Source: Squalus acanthias
Lineage: Eukaryota
Assembly: GCA_030390025.1 (NCBI GenBank)
Contig: CM059432.1
Coordinates: 104,534,001-104,598,000, forward strand
Direction: 5' to 3'
DNA: 64,000 nt
Part shown: positions 48,938 through 61,854 of the stretch, piece after piece
Layout of the letters: the number at the start of each line of letters is the position of its first letter
Numbering within the stretch: the stretch's first letter is position 1
Notes under the pieces: generated by a model
The model's database searches: none
The model's input: only the letters and a program-made list of their open reading frames with translations
What the model was told of the DNA's origin: nothing
Translations under genes and position numbers: made by a program

Positions 48938-51551
48938 TAGGGTTGCAAAATTCCAGGAATTTTTAAAAGAGGAATCTTTCCATGGGAATTTTCGGGAATT
49001 TAGGGAATTTATGGGAATTTTGAGTTTTTTTGCACACTGATGGTTTTTGTCTCTGACCCTTATATTATCTTTGTCATCAAAATAGACATACTGTTCCGTA
49101 CAAATAAAAACAGGCTTTCAAAACTTTATTTAGGTTATAATTTTGAACTTTATTGAACCCCCACAAAAAAGACCCATCTAAAATAAAATAAAAAGAGCGT
49201 CAGCTTATTTAGCCTGTAATTTGTCTTATTTTGTCCCTTTGAGTCTTCTACTCATGAGTCTTCTGAGTCTTCTACTCATCATTGCTCCTCCTGATTCTCT
49301 GACTCTGGCTCTGACGTGTCCATTTCCTCCTCTGTGTCACTGTCTAGCTGTGTGGTGGACACTTCTGTATCTGGCTCAATAAGTTGTAGGTTCGCCCGGA
49401 TAGCCACCAGTTTCTCCACTCTCTTGTTAGTCAACCTGTTGCGCACCTTTGTATGCGTATTCCCAAAAAGTGACCAGTTTCGTTCAGAGGCCGCTGATGA
49501 AGGTGGGATTTGGAGTATCACCGATGCAATGGGTGACAGGGCCTCAGATGCACAAAGTCCCTTCCACCAGGTATGTGCACTGATATGCTTGCATGATTCC
49601 CATATCCTGTCCCCATTCCAAAGACCTTGCTTGGTAGAGAACTTTGCCAGACTTCCCAGAACTTTGCCCACGTCCAGATTGAGGTGGCGTGAGAGGGTAG
49701 AAATCACACTGTAAGCGCTGTTGATCTGTTCTCCAGAAAGTATTGGTCTCCCAACATGCTTTGGGTCCAGCATGTATGCTGCAGCATGAATCGGCTTGAC
49801 ACAGAATTCTTGACGCATCTGTATGAATTGAACAATTGCCTTCTCCTCTGCTTTGAGCAGTAGGGATGTGGGTAGGGCAATGCTGATTTGTTCTTTTAAA
49901 TCAGCAAAAAGCCTGAGAACATCTGACAAGACAGCGTCATCTCCTTCAATCTGAGCAATTGCAGATGCTACTGGTGAGAGTAGTTTAAGGCTGCTAACCA
50001 CTCGCTCTCAAAACACATCATCCAGCAGTATTTTCTTGATGGTGGTTTCCATATCCCCAGACTGGGATATTGCCATTTCTTGCAGCGACTCCTTACCCTC
50101 CAGAAGGCTGTTGTACATTATGACAACGCCACCCCATCTAGTGTTGCTGGGCAGCTTCAGTGTGGTGTTCTTGTTCTTTGTTGTTTGCTTGGAGTTGTAG
50201 GTTGCTGCAACTACCTGTTTTCCCCTGACATACTTAACAACTTGCTTGGCTCTCTTGTACAGTGTTTCCATGGTTCTCAAACCCATGATGTCCTTGAGGA
50301 GCAGGTTGAGCCCATGAGCTGCGCACCCAATAGATGTAATATGAGGGTAGGCCTCCTCCACTTGAGCCCAAGCAGCCTTCATATTCGCAGCATTGTCAGT
50401 AACTACTGCAAAGACCTTTTGTGATCCAAGATCGTTGATGACCGCTTTCAGCTCATCAGCAATGTATGTGCCTGTGTGTCTGTTGTCCTTCGTGTCTGTG
50501 CTCTTGAAGAACGCTGGGAGAGGAGTGGAGACGATGTAGTTTATGATGCCCTCCCCTCGTACATTTGACCACCCATCTGAGATAACTGCAACACAGTCTG
50601 CCATCTCTATTGTTTCTCTGAGCTTTCCTTGAACTCTGTTATACTCAGCCTCCAGCAAATAAGTAGACAAAGCATGTCTGGTGGGAGGACAGTATGCAGG
50701 GCGAATAACATTGAAAAATCTCTTCCAGTACAGATTGGCTGTGAGCATGAGGGGTGAGCCTGTCGTATATACAGCTCGAGCAAAGCACTCATCTGCATTC
50801 TTCTGGCTATGGTTATCCATTGTATCAAAGAACCTTCCAAGTGGGCCAGGAGTTGCTGATGATAAGGAGCCTGATGCTGAATGTGAACCATCATCTTCTT
50901 GAATGGAAGCAGAGGAACTCTGGGCTAACTGCTGTGAGCTTTGAGTGAAGTTGTTGCATTTGGATAAATGCTGCTGCATCTTTGTGGCATTCTTTACATA
51001 TGGCTTTGTACAGTGTTTGCACATGTACACAGTCTTTCCATCTTTAATGCCTGGGGTAAAATGCTTCCACACATCTGACGGTAAACGTGACATTGTTCTA
51101 TGCAGAGAAATAAAGGGCATTCGTCTCTGTGTCGAACTGCAGTCGATCAGCACGATTGCAACAGGCCAGGGTGAGTAAATTTTTCCTGATGCTCCCTGTG
51201 ATGGAAGCATGACCTGTGCACGCACGACGCTACATCACCAATAGAGGGAGCTAATCGCTCATCCACTCATCCAACCAATCAGGACACATTTGTTCACAGT
51301 CACACACAAAATTTGTAATTATTAAAACAAGCCAAGTAAGAAGATAAACATATATTGATTAAGAAATTCCTTAATAATTAAGATTCCATCTCTGTTAGTA
51401 ATTTTATGAGAGGACCTGTGAAAAAAAAGAAAGACAAAAAAAAAACAATATTATGCTAGAATGTGCTTTTTTGGGCAAAATTCCCAAGCTAAACTTCCCG
51501 TGGAAAATTTCCGGAAATTTACCGGAAACTTTCCACCCCTTTGCAACCCTA
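48938..51551 (-). mobile_element. hAT DNA transposon, 2614 bp, complete
   Basis: Perfect 12-bp TIR TAGGGTTGCAAA; perfect 8-bp TSD CCACTGTC; subterminal GGGAATTT repeats. Confidence 0.96.
49279..51093 (-). pseudogene. hAT transposase, 604 codons, one in-frame TGA at 50008-50010
   Basis: BED finger (VWKHF..CKHC..HLSKC), SDGWSN, VTDNAANM, CAAHGLNL, TRWG, dimerization domain (WW..PPSSAASERNWS); the two ORFs share a frame. Confidence 0.93.
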
Positions 51552-54500
51552 CCACTGTCCCTTTTATTCCATGGGCTTCAACTTTGCTGGCAAGCCTATT
51601 ATGTGGCACTTTATAAAACGCCTTTTGGAAGTCAATGTACACCATGTCAACCGCATTGCCCTCATCAACCCTCTCTGTTACCTCATCCAAAAACTCAATC
51701 AAGTTAGTTAAACACAATTTGCCTTTAACAGATCCGTGCTGGCTTTCCTTAATTAATCCACACTTGTCCAAGTGATCATTAACGTTTTCCTATTATCGTT
51801 TATAAAAGCTTCCCCACTACCGAGTTTAAACTGACTGGCCTGTAGTTGCTGGGTTTATCTTTACACCTTTTCCTGAACAAGGGTATAATATTTGCAATTC
51901 TCCAGCCCTCTGGCACCACCCCCATATTTAAGGAGGATTGGAAGAATATGGGAGTACCTACGTGATTTCCTTCTTAACTTCCCTCAGCATCCTCAGGTAC
52001 ATCCCATCCGGTCCTGGTGACTTATCTACTTTAAGTACAGCCTTTCTAGTACCTCCTCTTTATCAATTTTTATCTCATCCAGTATCTCCACTACCTCCTC
52101 TTTCACGGTGACTTCGGCTGCATCCCCTTCCTTGGTGAAGACAGATGCAAAGTATTCATTTAGTACCTCAGCCATGCCCTCTGCCTCCATGCCTAGGTCT
52201 CCTTTTTGGTCCCTAATCGGCCCCACCCCTCCTCTTACTACCCATTTATTATTTATATACCTATAGAAGACTTCTGAATTCCCTTTTATGTTAGCTGCCA
52301 ATCTATTCTCATACTCTCTCTTTGCCCCTCTTACTTTCTTTTTCACTTCTCCTCTGAACTTTCTATATTCAGCCTGATTCTCACTTGTATTCGCAACCTG
52401 ACATCTGTCATATGCGCTCATTTTCTGCTTCATCTTACTCTCCTGTCTCTTTTGTCATCCAGGGAGCTCTGGCTTTAGTTGCCCTACCTTTCCCCCTCGT
52501 GGGATTGTACCTCGACTGTACCCGAACTATCTCCTCCTTAAAGGCAGCCCATTGTTCGATTACAGTTTGGCCTGCCAATCTTTGATTCCAATTTACCTGG
52601 GCCAGATCCATTCTCAACCCACTGAAATTTGCCCTCCTCCAATTAAGTATTCTTACTCTAGATTGCTCCCTGTCCTTTTCCATAGCTAATCTAAACCTTA
52701 TGATACTATGATCACTGTTCCCTAAATGTTCCCCTACTGACACTTGCTCCACTTGACCCACCTCATTCCCCAGAACCAGATCCAGCAATGCCTCCTTCCT
52801 CGTTGGGCCGGAAACATACTGATCAAGAAAGTTCTCCTGAACACACTTCAGAAATTTTTTCCCCTCTCTGCCCTTTACACTATTACTATCCCAGTCTATA
52901 TTCGGATAATTAGGATGCTTATCCTCTGCCTGTAGACACTGTGTGCCGGGTATGGCCTCCTGCGAACTGCACCTCTCTGCTGATCCCCTCTCTCCTGTGG
53001 AGCTGCAGGTCTGTGAGCAGCAGGCTGTTGCAGGTGCTACTCCTGCTGCTGTTGCTGGTGCTGGTGCTGCTCCTGCTGGTGCTGGTGCTGCTCATCTTGG
53101 TCCTTGTCTGAGGTCCAAAGTAACACAGCATAAGCGGCACCCATGCTGATCTGATAGATCAGAGCTCCAAAGTGCAGATCAGACATACAAATCTCCAAAG
53201 TGTAGATGACACCTCCAAAGTTGTAAATGTAACCTCTCAGCACAAGTGCTGTGAACAAAGCATTTCACACAAACAGGTAAGAAAGCAGCTGTGAGGTGTC
53301 AATACTTATTGGCATATTTCCCTGTCATGTCTTCAGCGCCCTTAATTGTTGCTGTGTTCTCGCCTTGCTTTTACTGGCGAGTTCCAGGAATCTCGGGCAA
53401 CCCGTGAACCCACAGTTAAATTCCAAAAACAATGTTAATATCGCTGTAATTGAGTGATTAACATATTGAAATTGACAACCTGCCTCTCCCAAGGGGTTTG
53501 CACGCATGCAGTCTAACGCGCTGGAGTTAAATGCGGAAGTCAGCGGGTTGGAGCTGGTTTGCCAACGCGCTCGCATTTTTCCATGACTTAACCCCCTATC
53601 CGCACCCAAACCCATACACTCACCCACGTTAAAATTCCCCCCAAAGTTTTCATTTTTCTGATATTGAGAGGCGATTTTGCGTGCCCTCCTGACTGGGTGC
53701 CTCACTTGCAGGGGTACATATCAGAAATTTGGGTTCACACTATCCATGATTTTGCAACCTTCCTGGTCAGAGGGCAGCGTGTGCCTGAATTCTGATTCGT
53801 GCTCCCAGTGGATGGGAGAGCGGACTCATAAAATCACGCCCAGAATGTACACTCTTTCAGCGTAGGGACACGTCACTTTATCTGACCCCAAAAAATGTAG
53901 GTGCATACTGGCAAGAGCTAAGGCTTAGGGACCTCCCGAGTATTTGTAAGCATACTACTGGAGTTTAACCAGCTAAAAATGCACAGTTTACCAACACAGA
54001 TCATTGGTAAAATTACTGCCACTTGTCCAGCTAGGACCATCCTAACTGTTAGGTCATTGGTTTTCAGGATTAATTTGAGCCAGGTGGAAAGAATCCAACG
54101 GAACCCCCTTCAGTTACAATTCTACTTCCAAGTCCATCATTGAGCCAGATGCTTGGTAAATCCTTAATTGTGCTGTGGAGTACTAAAGACTTGCCTGGCT
54201 CAGGTATTGGATTATGGAGTCAGACATGGATGATTGAAAATTTGGAACCAATTCATCGGGCATCCTTGGCAAGCAGGTCACACTGGACCCAAACAGACTC
54301 CACAAAGAAATCTGATTATTTTTCTCCCCTCAACCTACCATAGTCAGTAGTTGGTGAATAATAAGGTCACTAATTCATAGTTTTTCATGGGAAAAAGAAA
54401 GGAATTGCAGAATTTGGTTCCAAAAACACTGGTGAAAATCCTGAAATCCCATGCAATGAAAACAGAATTTGAATTATTCAGTCACAATAAATTGGTCATT

Positions 54501-56054
54501 CCTGGTCAGTAGACAGCTGACCAATGTGGGTTTGAGTCCATGGTAGATGAACAGTAGGTATCAGAAGCTTCTCCCAAGAGGCATGGAGAGCAGCATAACT
54601 CACCATAAAGTGTCTAAATGCTTTTCCACATTTGCCCGACTGCAATATGGACACTGGACAGCAGTTCTGCCAGTTGAAAGTGCAGAGCTTTAGCAGCAAC
54701 TAATTCCCACTCTGCAATTGACTTACGCAGTACTTAAATAACATACTCCAAAATCCTCGTGGTTCTTTCCAGAATCTTTCAATTCAATCCCTGATGCACG
54801 CTGTGTGGAAAAGCCTTCCCACTGAATCCCTTTCTAATCATCTCAAAGTGGAAATAGGCAATCAAACAGGAAACTGGAGATACAGGGAAAACTCACATCT
54901 CATACAATTCTTCAGGCTCTCTGAAGGTAGACAACACATAGTATCAAAGAGGTTCCTTGGTCAACGGTTTTAATGAATTCTACCCCTCAATAGAGTGTGA
55001 ACAGCAGCTTCTTGGCTATCTGTTGAGTTGTTTGTTCTGAAGAAATTAACTTATAAATGCTGGCATTGATGTCACTGAAGGAAACTATCGAAGCTAAATG
55101 GTCCCCATGGAGATGCAGATTTCTCCAGACAGAATAGTATATTTTTTGCTTCAGATATCAAGACAAAAGAACACTTAAAAAACACAGCTACCTGAAGCCA
55201 ATCTTAATATTAGTCTGTGAAAGCAGCATCAACAAAAAATAATAACAGTACAGATAGTACTGATTGAAGGATTGCAGAACTATGCTTCCATAGTATTATA
55301 ATAGTAGGCACTGAACCCCGGATATATGACTGTAAGCAGCCTCCAAGTAATGTTGTATAGCAGCTGTCATCCCAAACATCAGAGTGTCTTCAGTCTGGTA
55401 GATGGACCTATAAAGAACAGTTTACATTATAACCACCTTGACGTTCTAGACATCCAAGTCCACTGCTCCATTTAAGGTTAACTTGTCATGATCCTGTTTA
55501 ATTCAGGTACTCATGTAAGCAGCTTTGCCAAAGAGAAATGCATGGAATAAGGCTGACTCCCTCTCCAGGGTGCTAAGTGATAGGTCAGTATAGGCTGGAA
55601 AATTAATCCCTGGAATAAGAATGACTAACATAGAGACAATGGGAGTGAAATTAAAGTCAATGGAAAGGAAAATTGGGCTGTGTTGTATAACAGAGGCCCA
55701 ATCAACTAATGTATATTTTGCGCTCCTGCTAAAGTTGAATTTCGCCCCCAATAGCAATTACTGAAGATTAGCTCAGACAATTTGCATTCTTCATTGTTGC
55801 ATAATATATCGCACAATAGGGATAATTTAACCAAATCACACTCCCAACACTGAGAATGCATTTTGAGAATTCAGGTGGTTGTGTCATTAATTTTAGTGGT
55901 TCAAAACTTGTAGGAAACAAGTGCCTGAATTCCGATATGCATTCCTGGCAGAGGAGGCTCTGCACTGGGAGCGCAATTGCATAACCTATTCCCTAATATC
56001 TCATTACATTCTTGGTCTGTAAATCCACAGAACAGTTCAATCGTGTCAACATGG

Positions 56055-56685
56055 TTTTGTGAAAGGGAAATCTTGTTTGACAAACCTATTAGAATTTTTG
56101 GAGGGTGTAACTAGCAGGGTAGATAAGGGGGAACCTGTGGATGTAGTATATTTGGATTTTCAGAAGGCATTTAATAAGGCGCCACACAAGAGGTTGTTAC
56201 ACACGAATAGGGCTCATGGGATTCCTGGGATGAGAGGGTTGTCCTATGAGGAGAGATTGAGTAGAATGGGCCTATATTCTCTGGAGTTTAGAAGAATGAG
56301 AGGTGATCTTATTGAAACATAAAATTCTTAGAGGGCTTAGATGCTGAAAGGTTGTTTCCCCTGGCTGGAGAGTCTAGAACCAGAGGTGATAGTCTTAGGA
56401 TAAGGGGTCGGCCATTTAGGACAGAGATGAGGAGAAATTTCTTCATTCAGAGGGTTGTGAATCTTTAGAATTCTCTACCCCAGAGGGCTGTGGATGCTCA
56501 TTTGATGAGTGTATTCAAGACTGAGATCAATAGATTTTTGGGCTCTAAGGGAATCAAGGGATATGGTGATAGGGCGGGAAAGTGGAGTTGATGTAGAAGG
56601 TCAGCCAGGATCTTACTGAATGGCGGAGCAGGCTTGAGGGGCGTATGGCCTACTCCTGCTCCTATTTCTTATGTTCTTATATTCT
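56055..56685 (+). mobile_element. CR1 LINE fragment with internal deletion and 3' tail
   Basis: KGKSCLTNL..YLDFQKAF joined directly to PGMRGLSYEERL. Confidence 0.9.
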
Positions 56686-57059
56686 TAACAGTGACCAAGG
56701 ATAAGTTGGCATCCACCAGCAACTCCAGATACTACTAAGAATCAATAATTGTTAGAGATGCTCCTTGTATCACTTGGTCAATAACTCTTGAGATGTTCAG
56801 AGCCATAATTCTGCACTTAGTGATACCCAGCACTGTATCCCACTGGCTAGGCCACTGGTTAATATGGTGAATGGAGTGCACAAAATTTCATGTGAATCTG
56901 CAATAACATAACATTAGCACAATTATTTGAGAAATACCTGGATCTGAGACTGTTGCTTATGATGCAATCCAATACATCATTGATGAAGATATTTAATAGA
57001 ATGGCTGACAGTATAAAATATTGCCTCGCTGCTATTTCAAAAGAAATAAGGGAAAATTT

Positions 57060-57290
57060 TCCTCTTTTGGCACTTTGGCATTAAATAATTGCCTTGGCAA
57101 AACCCAGAGAAAAATCTGGCAGGAAGGATCACATGCGTGTAATGGAACTCATTCCATTTTCTGTCCATTAATTGAAATGGATGGAAAATCAGACAGGTTC
57201 TGTTATGGGTGTGTGATACCACCCACCGAATCTTCATCTATGTGCTTCTCCTGAATGATTATTTAATGCCCAAGTGCAAAAGAGAAGTCT
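57060..57290. repeat. Imperfect palindromic MITE-like sequence
   Basis: ctcttttggcactttggcattaaataat is complementary to attatttaatgcccaagtgcaaaagag; central hairpin. Confidence 0.55.
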
Positions 57291-58789
57291 ACCTCAAAGG
57301 CTCAGTGAGTAGATATACTGCCCCATTAATGCCATTTTTAAATGGACCATCCCTTGGGCAGCCGGAGCGCCCACCTGCTTCAAGCAGTAAGTGTAAATTG
57401 GGATTCTATGACGTACTTAGGACCCCGATTGTAATTTTCAGAGACGCATGGGTAGAGCGTATGCTGTGCCATGTATCCTGGTGTTGAACAGCCTCATCTG
57501 CAGTCCTTAAAAGGACTGCTGCTGGCTGCTCCTAAAATAGCCCCGATAGGTTTCTGGATTATATTTTTGTGGAGCCAGGGGGAGAAGTCCTCTTCCTAGC
57601 TCCATGAAAATACTGCAGGTCGCTGCCAGCCTGGACCCAACCCCTCCACATTCGCATTCCCCCTCCCAGGACCTACCTGCAGGTGGGTGCAATGTCCGAA
57701 CTGTCTGATACTGCGCGAGACCGAAGCTGGTGAGCTGCAGCGGGATGCCCTTTTGGAGTGTGCAGATCTCCAGTGAGATTTAAACGAGGCCTGAGCTCAA
57801 AATGAATTTTGAAATAGATTGTAGAAGAGTGAAAGAATCCTCATGAAAGCTGAACCCTACTTGTCACCATGGCAACCTCAGCTGCAACTGAGATTGTAAA
57901 GGTTCAGTACTTTCTAGATGCCACCATAATAAAATCACAGTAGGGGCCGATTTTCGTATGTCTACTGCCCCATTAATGCTAGAAAATGGGGCGGTAGACA
58001 AAGGAAAATTTAAAAAAGAACATCCCATTGGCTGCCCGACTTGATTTTTGAGCGAGCCTCAAAATACGTGGTCAGCGCTATGGGGGAATCTTAACTCGCA
58101 TCCGGTCCGCTGGCTGAACACGCAGGCAAACCATTTGGGAGGTGTAGTGGGAGGCCCGGCCCATTATTATGGTCCAGCCTTATTTAACTGATGCTGGCGA
58201 GCTGCCATGGTGGACAGCTTCGAGGTCCAATCTATGTAACAGACCTCCTTTTGCATAAATTCATAAGTCAGGTGTGCACCTCTGCTGTCCGGCTTTAGGA
58301 TAGCTGTGAGGCAGAAAAAGAGCGGTAAGTGGAACACTTTGATGTTAACTCCTGTTTCCGGTGGGAGCAGGGATTTAAAATCCTGTCTTTAAATTGAGGT
58401 CCTAGGCCGTTGTAGGACCCAGACGCCATTTTCGAGAGGCATGAGGTGGAGGCTGTGAGGCGCAAGGCCCCAACCACTGGCCTCTGGCATGGAGCAGCCT
58501 ATCCAGTCCTCTTTAAAGTGACCGCAGCAGGCGCTTCAAAAAACCTGGGTTGGGAATTTTTTTTAACATATTTGTGGGGTTAGGATGAGCAGGAGTGTTC
58601 CTCCAGGCCCCACAAAACATTCGGGCCTGCTGTCGTCCCTCAATCACCCTGCCCCATAGATCACCCCAACTTCAATGGCCCCTCCCCTCCAATAGCCCCT
58701 CTCATGTTCACCCCTTCCCCTCATTGCCCCTGCCCCTCTGATCCCTCCCATCGATTGCCCCTCCATCATTGGTCCCTTCCCTTCGAACG

Positions 58790-59210
58790 CCCCCCTTCAT
58801 TGGCCCCGCCCCCTCAAAGGCCCCACCCCCTGTGGCCCCTCCCCTCATAGGCCACACCCCCAGTGGCCCCGCCCCTCATAAGCCCCACCCCAGTGGCCCC
58901 GCCCCCATCGGCCCCTCCCCCTCAAAGGCCCCACCCCAGTGGCCCCTCCCCCATTGCCCCCTCAAAGGCCCCACCCCAGTGTCCCCGCCCCCTCATAGGC
59001 CGCACCCCCAGTGGCCCCGCCCCTCATAGGCCCCACCCCTAGTGGCCCCACCTCCATTGGCCCTCCTCCTGAAAGGCCCCACCCCAGTGGCCCCGCCCCA
59101 TCATAGGCCCCACCCCTAGTGGCCTCTCCCCCATTGCCCCCTCAAAGGCCTCACCCCAGTGGCCCCGCCCCATCAAAGGCCCCACCCCCCCAGTGGCCCC
59201 GCCCCCTCCT
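58790..59210. repeat. C-rich degenerate tandem repeat rich in GGCCCCGCCCC / CCCCACCC
   Basis: ~30-bp units such as cagtggccccgcccctcataggccccaccc. Confidence 0.85.
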
Positions 59211-59486
59211 CAGGATCGTAACCTCGGCCGGTGTCGCCACCACCCCCCCCCCCCCATTCCCGCTCTCGCCTCTTGCCCCCGGCCGGCGAGGTGTCTCCGA
59301 GCGCCCAAGCAGCTGGCCGGCTGCCAGCTCATGAGGCCGGGCCGGCCGCCCGCCCGGTGCCATCGGCCCCGGCAGCGCCCGCGGGCCCGCGCCCCTGGTG
59401 TCTGGCCTCCAGGACTCGAGTGTGAGAAGGAAAGTGACCGATGCCCGCGCTGAGCTGACCCACTACCTACCTGTGCCATCCCACAG

Positions 59487-59683
59487 CTCAACCTGCCAGC
59501 AGCCAAATCTGGAACTGGACATCCACCTCCCACCTGAGACTGTCAGCGAATCCAGCGGGGTCTTCCATTGCCACTGCAACAAAAAGGCTCTTGAACAGAA
59601 GCAAATCGAGCAACACCAAGCCAAGAGGAGACTGTGGATAGCTTTGGTCATCTGTGTACTATTTATGATGGGAGAACTGGTTG
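59487..59683 (+). CDS. SLC30A8: Zinc transporter ZnT8-like, coding exon 2 (HCH motif and TM1)
   Basis: Acceptor ccatcccacag|C; donor GTT G|gtgagt; ESSGVFHCHCNKK...AKRRLWIALVICVLFMMGELVG; HCH marks ZnT2/3/8, and context is closest to ZnT8 ESGGMYHCH; phase 2 to 1. Confidence 0.82.
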
Positions 59684-59688
59684 GTGAG

Positions 59689-59802
59689 TACATTACAACA
59701 GTGCCTACGCTTCAAAAGTACATCCTTGGCTGTAGAGCGCTTCGGGACGCCCTCGCCCTGAGGTCGCGAAATGCGCTCTATAAATCCAAGTTCTTTCTTC
59801 TA
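59689..59802 (+). mobile_element. Deu-domain SINE 3' tail
   Basis: tacattacaacagtgcctacgcttcaaaagtac...ctataaatccaagttctttctt, homologous to 11161-11270. Confidence 0.75.
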
Positions 59803-59828
59803 TCGGGCATAACCCTGGAATGAATAAT

Positions 59829-60494
59829 CGGGGAGAAATTCAAGTTCTGCCACTGAAAGAGGGTGCGAAGTCTTCTGTGGCTGCTCTGCCTGCCCGCTCG
59901 TGACGACATGAGGCCTGAATCAAATTTGGGTTTGGGCCTCATCGCCATGCTGTCGCGCCAACGGACATCCCGCTGCAGCTCGCCAGCTCCAGGCAGCCCA
60001 GAATTGAGCGGCCCAGAGGCCAATTTGGCCTATTTGGTGGTGGGATGGCAGAGAGTGGGAGTTAGCATATTTGCAGAGGGGAGGGCGAGCCCAGGGCAGC
60101 AGCGGCTGACATTATCTTGTGAAGCCACAGGAGAACTCCTGACCATGCAAAACTAATTTTTCACTAAGCTTTTTGGGGCCTTTTCCTCTTCACTGCCAGG
60201 TATAACTATGTGGAACGTGAACAGCGCATGCTCCGTCCACTTGTACTTGAATTTTACAATTTGGGTCTTGTAACTGGCGTAGGACTCCTATTTGCATATT
60301 TAAGTAGTGGTATTCCTGTTGCAGGCAAGCAGGCTGTTCTGCCATTTACAGGCCCAGCTGATTGTTGCAGTCATCGGGCCTTGAACATCAAAGGAGCAGC
60401 CGGGATGTTCCACGGGGCGCCACCCCAAATTTCAACTGCCATCCGTCTGTTTTTCAGGCACAAAACAAATGGCCATGAGTTAAATTTCTCCCCC
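59829..60494. mobile_element. Harbinger-type MITE
   Basis: Termini (C)GGGAGAAATT / AATTTCTCCCCC; TSD AAT. Confidence 0.65.
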
Positions 60495-61854
60495 AATGAG
60501 TGATAACTAAATAATGTATGTAGAAATTTAACACTGAGGGAGCTATTCACCCATGTTGTCATATGCTGTTTATGGTGTAATATGTTCAATATGGTTCAAT
60601 ATATGTTTCTGAAATTAAAATTGCACTGTATTTCTCCATTAACCTTAAAATTCTCCTTCAGGCCTCATAAGAAAGCCTTGGGTCTCCCCAGCCCCGGGCT
60701 CCCGAACACAGCCACAGCCTCCCTTCAGCCGATCATTGCCATATCCTCCCTTCAGCCGATCATCTATCTTACTGAAGTGTTCCTGGTTGACATAATTCTG
60801 CACAGATCAGCAGGCTCAGGGCTGTGCCCACTATTCCCACCCATGCACCAAAGATCCCCCCACTGACTGCCAGGGACCGTTCCCACAGGTCACCTGTCGC
60901 TAAATTCCCACTCTTGCCTGCCGGCCAGGTAATCAGTCTGGCCAGATGTCAGGCAGAACAGTGAAAAGGTCTATTTAAATGAGGCCCTGCCATTAAGATC
61001 GGCAGGGCTTCCACGTCCCCGACCTTGCCGAGTCCACCACCCGCTACTGCGCTCCCACGCAGCCTTCACGCCGCCCTATGAAAATCGAGGACAGAGTTAA
61101 CGTTTCAGGTCGATGACCTTTCATCCAAACTGTAATACCTGTTATGCTGGTAGGTGGTGCTGTGATAAGAGTTTTCAATGTTAAGGGTGTCACACCTTGC
61201 CTGTCATAGATTCTCCCAGCCTGGTCTCCCACACAGTGTGGTAATTTTGACTTTGTGTGATAGTGAATCAGCAGCCCGTTTTCCATCTCTCCCGATTTTT
61301 ATTTCCTTTAAAGTCAATACCTCCTCACCTCCATCTCTGGCTCTAGCTACCTAGAATATATAGTCAATATTTATTTTTAAATATATATATATATAAGTTT
61401 CAGCTATTTTCTCAAGCTGTGGGCTAGCCTGCACCCTCTCCCCATTGTCTCTCCATCTCTGTTTATTAAAATGTTTATTTTTAAAACTTTTTCAGCCCTG
61501 TCCCCTCCATGCCTGCAGCCACCATTGACCTTGGCTCCAATACTTTTTTTTAATATTATACTGCTTCATTACTTAAAAATTGAGACTGCTTTATACATTT
61601 TCGCTTGTAGCAACCCCAGCCAATGTGTCCTACTGTGCTGGCTCATCCACATTCAGTCACGCTGGCCCCAGGCCCATGTCTCCCACTGTGCTGCCTTATC
61701 CATGTTTCCCAAATCCCAGCACTATGGTACCTTCATCTCAACCCCCACCCGATGTCTCCTGCTGTGTGGTATGGCCAGTATCTTACATCTGCTCCCCCCT
61801 CCCTTCCACCAGCTTCGGTTTCTTAACAAAAATGTAGCCATCGATAATTCATGC

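Larger units (their letters stand above)
48439..52905 (-). mobile_element. CR1 LINE ORF2 fragment split by a hAT
   Basis: LDLVLGNE..HLGNSDH, QHGSVKGK, GVPQGSVLGP, FADDTKLG, continuous across the hAT TSD. Confidence 0.92.
41232..53642. mobile_element. Outer Harbinger element (copy 3) fragmented by nested insertions
   Basis: TIRs GGGCTGGATTTTAAC / GTTAAAATTCCCCCC; Myb exons at ~41480-41957, ~43678, ~43908; transposase pieces at 44640-45299 and 52910-53144 (-). Confidence 0.8.

Noticed and set aside
50008..50010. Selenocysteine or programmed readthrough in the hAT ORF
   Set aside because: Position fits a conserved FW motif, so TGG to TGA is simpler; no SECIS recognised.
59398..59823. 141-aa ORF as a complete gene, or SLC30A4
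   Set aside because: Only 59487-59683 is exonic; flanks are intron and SINE. The HCH motif fits ZnT2/3/8, not ZnT4.
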